11,848 nucleotides of DNA from a virus (Duplodnaviria; Heunggongvirae; Uroviricota; Caudoviricetes): the IMG/VR virus record IMGVR_UViG_2597490260_000009. One strand, given 5' to 3'. The notes beneath the pieces were generated by a model that did not search any database, had not been told where the DNA came from, and was given only the letters and a program-made list of their open reading frames with translations. This document shows, piece after piece, positions 7,163-11,848 of the stretch (the first letter of the stretch is position 1; the number at the start of each line of letters is the position of its first letter). A program made the translations under genes and the position numbers.

Positions 7163-7383
7163 AAATGTCTCACAATTCAGGCGGTTGACTGTTGTCTGGT
7201 TTGCGGGGAGTTTGTTAAAAGAAACTGGCATGGTGAATCCCCCTGTGCGGAGGGGCAATCAGCGAGTAGGTATATGGGATAATCGCGGATTCAGGTGCTG
7301 GTACTGAATTCACCGGGAGGCACCCGGCACCATGCAATGGCACATAGCGCCACTCTCCAGCCCCTCTCCGGAGGGGCTTTTCT
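7161..7383 (+). repeat. Structured repeat unit A (candidate small-RNA gene)
   Basis: Collinear with unit B at a +468 offset: TTAAATG...CTCACAATTCAG, TTGACT (7185-7190), TTTGTTAAAA, GCATGGTGAATCCCCCTGTGCGGAGGGGC, CACCGGGAGGCACCCGGCACCATG, and terminator GCCCCTC-tccg-GAGGGGC + TTTTCT (7360-7383). The middle segment differs between units. Confidence 0.5.
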
Positions 7384-7572
7384 GTGCCGGATACATCACA
7401 GTTTCTGGAACCTTAGGTACTACAGTATCAGTCAGGGTGCTATATTTTCAGATGTGATGAAAGCCTGTCAGCAGGCAGGGCGTATCGGAAATGACCCAGT
7501 AGAGAAAACGTTGACTCAGATACCGGTGCTGAGTTACCGGGAAACCGGCATCACATGACCGCTATCCTTCCA

Positions 7573-7599
7573 GGCCCATCCGCTCCGGTGGGCCTTTTT
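7573..7599 (+). terminator. Intrinsic terminator in the spacer between repeat units
   Basis: GGCCCA-tccgctccgg-TGGGCC followed by TTTTT. A TTGACT -35-like box lies upstream at 7511-7516. Confidence 0.5.
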
Positions 7600-7621
7600 A
7601 CTGCAGAAAACAGGTTCCCCG

Positions 7622-7870
7622 TTAAATGCTATGTTGCTCACAATTCAGTAAGTTGACAGTTGCCTGTCAGACTGGGCATTTGTTAAAAAAATTTCGCATG
7701 GTGAATCCCCCTGAGCGGAGGGGCGACTGGTGACGGTATAATCTCTGATTATCAAAACGAGAATGACGCGGGTTTAGTGGCACCGGGCTGAACTCACCGG
7801 GAGGCACCCGGCACCATGTGCATGATGATACAGATACGCGGCTTTAGCCCCTCTCCGGAGGGGTTTTCTT
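7622..7870 (+). repeat. Structured repeat unit B (candidate small-RNA gene)
   Basis: Same conserved blocks as unit A: CTCACAATTCAG (7637-7648), TTGACA (7653-7658), TTTGTTAAAA, GCATGGTGAATCCCCCTGAGCGGAGGGGC, CACCGGGAGGCACCCGGCACCATG, and terminator CCCCTC-tccg-GAGGGG + TTTTCTT (7847-7870). Confidence 0.5.
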
Positions 7871-7877
7871 GTGGGCA

Positions 7878-7905
7878 AAAAAAGCCCGCGCTGGGAGACG
7901 CGGGC
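7878..7905 (-). terminator. Minus-strand intrinsic terminator
   Basis: On the minus strand: GCCCGCG-tctcccag-CGCGGGC followed by TTTTTTT (plus-strand A run 7877-7883). Confidence 0.5.
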
Positions 7906-8098
7906 GGCAAGGAATAAACAATAAAACGTGAAGTAATATTTCAGCTGGCGAATAATACCCCATAGTAATCACTCTGCGCAACTGCGCGGTCTTTTTCGAA
8001 TTGCGGGCTGTCGTCTCTCTTCTGCCATTGTCCTGTAACTTCCGGACTTCAGCCCGCTCCTTATTTTACTCACAATATTATCCCGGCCGGGAGGATTC

Positions 8099-8326
8099 AT
8101 GGCATTTAAACACTATGACGTGGTCAGGGCGGTATCGCCGTCAGACCTTGCGAAACGACTGACACAAAAACTGAAGGAGGGCTGGCAGCCGTTTGGTAGT
8201 CCGGTGGCCATAACCCCTTATACCCTGATGCAGGCGATTGCAGCAGAAGGTGATGTGGTGGTCAGTGGTGCAACTGAGCCGGATTGGTACTACGTCATCG
8301 TACTGGCCCGGCATTCCAGGCCATAA
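8099..8326 (+). CDS. Small phage protein (75 aa), DUF1737-like
   Basis: Strong SD GGGAGGA at 8089-8095. Sequence MAFKHYDVVRAVSPSDL...EGWQPFGSPVA matches my memory of the small DUF1737 family found upstream of lysis genes; family assignment not verified. Confidence 0.6.
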   Translation: MAFKHYDVVRAVSPSDLAKRLTQKLKEGWQPFGSPVAITPYTLMQAIAAEGDVVVSGATEPDWYYVIVLARHSRP

Positions 8327-8530
8327 AAGACAGTCTGGCAGTGGGACTAAATGCACTGACGCTGATGGATATTACCAAAAATGTAACGTATGGCGTTGAG
8401 ATAGAAAGTCTGGCGCTGGAGATAAATGCACCGGCATCATCATAAAAAGTGAGCCAGTCAAATGGAAGGTATCGTTAAACTCACCGGTAGTGTCAGTGGG
8501 TCGTCTGAGACGCTTGCATGAGTTATCAGA

Positions 8531-8559
8531 GCCATCAGTAGTTAACTGGTGGCTTTTTT
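8531..8559 (+). terminator. Intrinsic terminator upstream of the holin gene
   Basis: GCCATCAG-tagttaa-CTGGTGGC hairpin (one G-U pair) followed by TTTTTT. Confidence 0.55.
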
Positions 8560-8594
8560 ATTGTTTTCAGCTTCCGGATAACGGGAGACGGGGT

Positions 8595-8810
8595 ATGGAC
8601 CAGATGGAAAAAATCACAACAGGTGTGTCATACACCACGTCAGCGGTGGGAACGGGCTACTGGTTCCTGCAGTTGCTGGACAGGGTTTCCCCGTCTCAGT
8701 GGGCGGCAATAGGCGTGCTGGGGAGTCTGCTGTTTGGGCTGCTGACATATCTGACTAACCTGTATTTCAAAATCAGAGAGGACCGTCGTAAGGCGGCACG
8801 GGGAGAGTAA
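8595..8810 (+). CDS. Phage-21-type pinholin (class II holin, 71 aa) with dual-start motif
   Basis: [10 protein letters not shown]...[49 protein letters not shown] matches S21 as recalled. Met1 and Met4 give the 71/68-aa antiholin/holin pair. GGAG at 8584-8587. The ORF track start at 8490 is an unsupported extension. Confidence 0.85.
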   Translation: MDQMEKITTGVSYTTSAVGTGYWFLQLLDRVSPSQWAAIGVLGSLLFGLLTYLTNLYFKIREDRRKAARGE

Positions 8811-8814
8811 TTCA

Positions 8815-9159
8815 ATGACTCAAAACTATGAACTGATTGTGAAAGGGATCCGCAATTTTGAGAATAAAGTTACGGTAACTTTAGCATTACAGGACAAAGA
8901 ACGCTTTGACGGTGAAATTTTTGACCTGGACATCTCGCTGGACCGTGTTGAAGGTGCTGCGCTGGAGTTTTATGAGGCAGCGGCCAGAAGGAGCATCAGA
9001 CAGGTCTTCCTGGATGTCGCTGCCGGGTTATGTGAAGGGGATGAGCAGTCGCCGGAAAAGCGCCCCGTAATTTTAGAGGCGCAGAATGTATGGATAACCT
9101 ACAAAGGAAAGCTACCGGGAAGGATTACTGGTTCCCTGAAGACTCCGCCGAAATGGTAG
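8815..9159 (+). CDS. Hypothetical 114-aa protein translationally coupled to the holin; DUF1327/YdfR-like by position and size
   Basis: ATG 4 nt after the holin stop, with SD GGGGAGAG upstream. Sits between holin and endolysin as ydfR does in Qin-type cassettes. Assignment is positional; sequence identity not verified. Confidence 0.5.
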   Translation: MTQNYELIVKGIRNFENKVTVTLALQDKERFDGEIFDLDISLDRVEGAALEFYEAAARRSIRQVFLDVAAGLCEGDEQSPEKRPVILEAQNVWITYKGKLPGRITGSLKTPPKW

Positions 9160-9185
9160 TTTTGCCAGCATAATTTTCTTCCAGC

Positions 9186-9244
9186 NNNNNNNNNNNNNNN
9201 NNNNNNNNNNNNNNNNNNNNNNNNNNNNNNNNNNNNNNNNNNNN
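9186..9244. other. Run of 59 N (masked or unresolved sequence)
   Basis: Direct observation. Confidence 1.
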
Positions 9245-9440
9245 TGAAAGAATTTTGTTGTTCCTGGGACCATTTGGGGTTGCGTGATTCAAAATGAATG
9301 GATGCCAGCGTTGGCAGCATTTGCTCCCTGGGAATTGATAAGGCCAGATGTGAAAATGCAACAGTGAGGGCATTTACATCATCCCGAAGCCTGGAAATGC
9401 AGTCGAGCAACTCCTGTAGAGAAATGGTGCTATTGTCCAT
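9245..9440 (-). CDS. Antisense moron gene inside the lysis cassette; at least 65 codons, 3' end lost in the N run
   Basis: Minus-strand ATG at 9440-9438 with SD AGAGGA 8 nt upstream. Translation MDNSTISLQELLDCISRLRDDVNALTVAFSHLALSIPREQMLPTLASIHFESRNPKWSQEQQNSF. Possible promoter TTTATC-17-TATGTT further upstream on the minus strand. Confidence 0.45.
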
Positions 9441-9545
9441 AAATAATCCTCTTGATTGTCTTTACCTTTTCCCCGCCTGATTCAACAGGCCGGGACAGAT
9501 AAACATATCCAGGGTTCAGAAACCGATAAATCCTGATAAATATCC

Positions 9546-10079
9546 ATGAACGCAAAAATCAAATACGGCCTGTCAGCTGCAGTTCTGGCGCTGATTGGAG
9601 CAGGCGCATCAGCTCCTCAGATACTTGACCAGTTTCTGGATGAAAAAGAGGGTAACCACACTACGGCATACCGCGATGGTTCCGGCAACTGGACCATCTG
9701 TCGGGGGGCCACGATGGTGGATGGAAAACCCGTTTTTCCCGGTATGAAACTGTCGAAGGAAAAATGCGACCAGGTCAACGCCATTGAGCGTGATAAGGCG
9801 CTGGCATGGGTGGAGAAAAACATCAAAGTGCCATTGAGCGAACCCCAGAAAGCGGGGATCGCGTCATTCTGTCCGTACAACATTGGTCCCGGTAAGTGTT
9901 TCCCGTCGACGTTTTATAAACGAATTAATGCAGGTGATCGCAGGGGAGCGTGTGAGGCGATTCGCTGGTGGATTAAGGACGGTGGCAGAGACTGCCGTAT
10001 TCGTTCAAACAACTGCTACGGTCAGGTATCCCGTCGTGACCAGGAGAGCGCGCTGGCGTGCTGGGGTATCGACAGATAA
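9546..10079 (+). CDS. R: SAR endolysin (T4-lysozyme-like, GH24)
   Basis: N-terminal signal-arrest-release segment GLSAAVLALIGAGASA. Catalytic E-x8-D-x5-T arrangement (EGNHTTAYRDGSGNWT). Overall similarity to P21 and DLP12-type lysozymes. No obvious SD before the ATG. Confidence 0.85.
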   Translation: MNAKIKYGLSAAVLALIGAGASAPQILDQFLDEKEGNHTTAYRDGSGNWTICRGATMVDGKPVFPGMKLSKEKCDQVNAIERDKALAWVEKNIKVPLSEPQKAGIASFCPYNIGPGKCFPSTFYKRINAGDRRGACEAIRWWIKDGGRDCRIRSNNCYGQVSRRDQESALACWGIDR

Positions 10080-10238
10080 GCAGAATATTTTGCTGAAAAA
10101 TAAGGCATGGCCACGCGGGCGGATAACATGAAATCCTGCGAAGTGGCGAAACGTAAGTGAATAAAAGTAAAAACCCCGTTTGTTGGCACCAAGCGGGGTT
10201 TTGTGTTTCCTGACTCCGGAAAAGTCAAAGGAGAAAGT

Positions 10239-10376
10239 GTGTTTGATTTTAGCAAACTGATTCGGGAGATTCGAGTGATGGCTGAAAAATTATCCACCTG
10301 GAAGTTCATTCTTATCTGGCTGGTGTTTGTGATTATGGCCTCTGGTTATTTCATCGGTCAGATACGCTGGTGGTGA
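10239..10376 (+). CDS. Candidate small membrane protein (45 aa) immediately upstream of Rz
   Basis: SD AAGGAG at 10228-10233, 5 nt before GTG at 10239. Translation [45 protein letters not shown] has one hydrophobic helix. Stop TGA at 10374-10376, 1 nt before the Rz ATG. Confidence 0.35.
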   Translation: MFDFSKLIREIRVMAEKLSTWKFILIWLVFVIMASGYFIGQIRWW

Positions 10377-10377
10377 A

Positions 10378-10842
10378 ATGAACCGCGTACTGTGCGTGGT
10401 CATCATTGCCCTGCTGGTGGCCTGTGGTGCGCTTAGTCTGGGGCTGAATCATTACCGTGATAACGCCATTACCTACAAAGCCCAGCGCGACAAAAATGTC
10501 AGAGAACTGAAGCTGGCGAACGCGGCAATTACTGACATGCAGATGCGTCAGCGTGATGTTGCTGCGCTCGATGCAAAATACACGAAGGAGTTAGCTGATG
10601 CGAAAGCTGAAAATGATGCTCTGCGTGATGATGTTGCCGCTGGTCGTCGTCGGTTGCACATCAAAGCAGTCTGTCAGTCAGTGCGTGAAGCCACCACCGC
10701 CTCCGGCGTGGATAATGCAGCCTCCCCCCGACTGGCAGACACCGCTGAACGGGATTATTTCACCCTCAGAGCGCGACTGATAATAATGCAAAAACAACTT
10801 GAAGGGGCACAGCTATACATTCGAGAGCAATGCCTCAGATAA
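10378..10842 (+). CDS. Rz: Spanin, inner-membrane subunit Rz (lambda-type)
   Basis: Near-identical to lambda Rz over most of its length ([17 protein letters not shown]...[42 protein letters not shown]). Confidence 0.9.
   Translation: MNRVLCVVIIALLVACGALSLGLNHYRDNAITYKAQRDKNVRELKLANAAITDMQMRQRDVAALDAKYTKELADAKAENDALRDDVAAGRRRLHIKAVCQSVREATTASGVDNAASPRLADTAERDYFTLRARLIIMQKQLEGAQLYIREQCLR
10598..10780 (+). CDS. Rz1: Spanin, outer-membrane lipoprotein subunit Rz1, embedded in Rz in the +1 frame
   Basis: [24 protein letters not shown]... has a lipobox (LVVVGC) and a proline-rich segment; near-identical to lambda Rz1. Confidence 0.85.
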   Translation: MRKLKMMLCVMMLPLVVVGCTSKQSVSQCVKPPPPPAWIMQPPPDWQTPLNGIISPSERD

Positions 10843-11149
10843 AAACCGGCCAAGGATAATCCGCTGAAGATTCGCCGGTGGCTAAAGTGTGCCAAGAGTT
10901 CAATTTACGCAATTACTCCTGTCGATGCTATGTACCGTCTTTGTGAAGTCAATGGATACCTGATTTATTTCTGTGCGCTGTATCGTCGCTGTACTCTTGC
11001 ATTAATTATGACTGTAGCCTGACGGGGAACTCCTTCTGCACAAGTGTGGGGGAATAATCAAAAACGATGCACACCGGGGTTACCGGGTACACATATTTCA
11101 TCATGCCAGCGAGTCCGGTTCTGGCACGGAAGAAACCGGACGTTATGAT

Positions 11150-11560
11150 TTAGTGCGGAAATATTTGTGTAGTGTTCTGAATGTTCTCAGTAAAGAGTAA
11201 TGAATTATCAAAGGTATAGTAATACCTTTTGTTTTCGTGGATATTTGTAATCCATCTGAAAACCCCTGCTGTAGCAAGATTTTTCCTGTATTCGTAAAAT
11301 GATAACTCTCCTGATTTGAATCCTTTTAAGGTGGCTTCTATAAGGCATTTATTTTTTGAAAATCTTACATTTACAACCTTACCCTGTCCTTTTATTAAAA
11401 CCGTATTATCGTTTTCAAGAACAAGATGAATATTCTCTGTGGCTAAATAGTAAATGTAATGTGAGACATTGTGACGTTTTAGTTCAGAATAAAACCAGTG
11501 ATAGTTTAAATTATTTCGCACTTTATCGAATATTTGTTTAAAAATGGCAATCTGAGCCAT
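11150..11560 (-). CDS. AT-rich hypothetical protein (136 aa), homolog of the lambda right-end ORF downstream of Rz
   Basis: Minus-strand ATG at 11560 (MAQIAIFKQ...) with SD GGAAGG. The DNA closely matches the lambda right-arm sequence between Rz and cos as I recall it. The ORF track start at 11575 has no SD. Confidence 0.65.
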   Translation of the reverse strand: MAQIAIFKQIFDKVRNNLNYHWFYSELKRHNVSHYIYYLATENIHLVLENDNTVLIKGQGKVVNVRFSKNKCLIEATLKGFKSGELSFYEYRKNLATAGVFRWITNIHENKRYYYTFDNSLLFTENIQNTTQIFPH

Positions 11561-11617
11561 TGTAGTACCTTCCATGTGATATGAGGGGGGGTAGTCTGCA
11601 CGATTATCTAAATTGCT

Positions 11618-11848
11618 TCAATCTGGTCTGACCTGTTTTCTGAGCAATTCAGTAATGTCACTCTTTTCTTTGTTTGCTTCAGGCGAAACTCTTTTTTCTG
11701 AGCACAGTCTCCGGCGGCAGGCTTCAATGACCCAGGCTGAGAAATTCCCGGACCCTTTTTGAACAAGAGCGATGTTAATTTGTTCAATCATTTGGTTAGG
11801 AAAGCGGATGTTGCGGGTTGTTGTTCTGCGGGTTCTGTTCTTCGTTGA
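11618..11848 (-). CDS. 5'-truncated small DNA-binding-like protein (YlcI/YnfO, DUF3950-like); start codon is just outside the window
   Basis: Minus-strand translation from the window edge: STKNRTRRTTTRNIRFPNQMIEQINIALVQKGSGNFSAWVIEACRRRL..., stop at 11620-11618. The DNA matches the lambda right end just before cos. Confidence 0.6.
   Translation of the reverse strand, partial: STKNRTRRTTTRNIRFPNQMIEQINIALVQKGSGNFSAWVIEACRRRLCSEKRVSPEANKEKSDITELLRKQVRPD

Noticed and set aside
6928-7282. ORFs 6928-7173 (-) and 7001-7282 (+) over the tRNA cluster
   Set aside because: They overlap three tRNA genes and a terminator.
7295-7558. 87-aa ORF spanning the end of repeat unit A and the spacer
   Set aside because: Non-ATG start, crosses the unit A terminator, and the only ATG-initiated part (33 codons from 7456) has no SD and is not conserved in unit B.
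7161-7870. Repeat units as a CRISPR array or retron msr/msd
   Set aside because: Only two long (~220-250 nt) imperfect copies with internal hairpins, so not short identical repeats with unique spacers. No reverse transcriptase or cas gene anywhere in the window.
8490-8594. N-terminal extension of the holin ORF as given by the ORF track (106 aa)
   Set aside because: Non-ATG start, runs through a terminator hairpin; the 71-aa form from ATG 8595 has an SD and matches the S21 length and dual-start motif.
9298-9480. 60-aa plus-strand ORF antisense to the moron gene
   Set aside because: No SD; overlaps the better-supported minus-strand gene and its promoter region.
9617-10309. ORFs on both strands overlapping the endolysin gene and the R-Rz spacer (88, 82 and 95 aa)
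   Set aside because: Shadow ORFs of the endolysin or non-ATG starts in the spacer; the only spacer ORF with an SD is the 45-codon one reported separately.
11356-11541. 61-aa plus-strand ORF inside the minus-strand AT-rich gene
   Set aside because: Antisense shadow in AT-rich DNA; no SD; the minus-strand gene is supported by lambda homology.

Overview
This window reads as a mosaic lambdoid prophage segment from an enterobacterial (E. coli-like) genome, with an AT-rich accessory module at its left edge. All calls are from reading the sequence and recalled protein families; no searches were run. Left to right: (1) an AT-rich two-gene module, a 5'-truncated protein with a HEPN-like Rx4H motif plus a 333-aa protein with a GNAT-like C-terminus, which is my best candidate for an undescribed toxin or anti-phage system; (2) a nin-region-like block with hokD (no relBE), a rem-like ORF, a DUF968 gene, rusA and a lambda-family Q antiterminator that is frameshifted; (3) a lambda-like late promoter pR' with a terminator about 65 nt downstream; (4) a moron block with a small winged-helix-like ORF, a beta-class DNA methyltransferase, three tRNAs with their own promoter, and a cluster of terminator-ended structured repeat units that look like small-RNA genes; (5) a lysis cassette with a phage-21-type pinholin, a DUF1327-like gene, an antisense moron gene, a SAR endolysin, a small membrane ORF and lambda-type Rz/Rz1; (6) two minus-strand genes matching the lambda right end near cos, with bor absent. 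Two N runs (6542-6635, 9186-9244) limit what can be said about the methyltransferase and the antisense gene.
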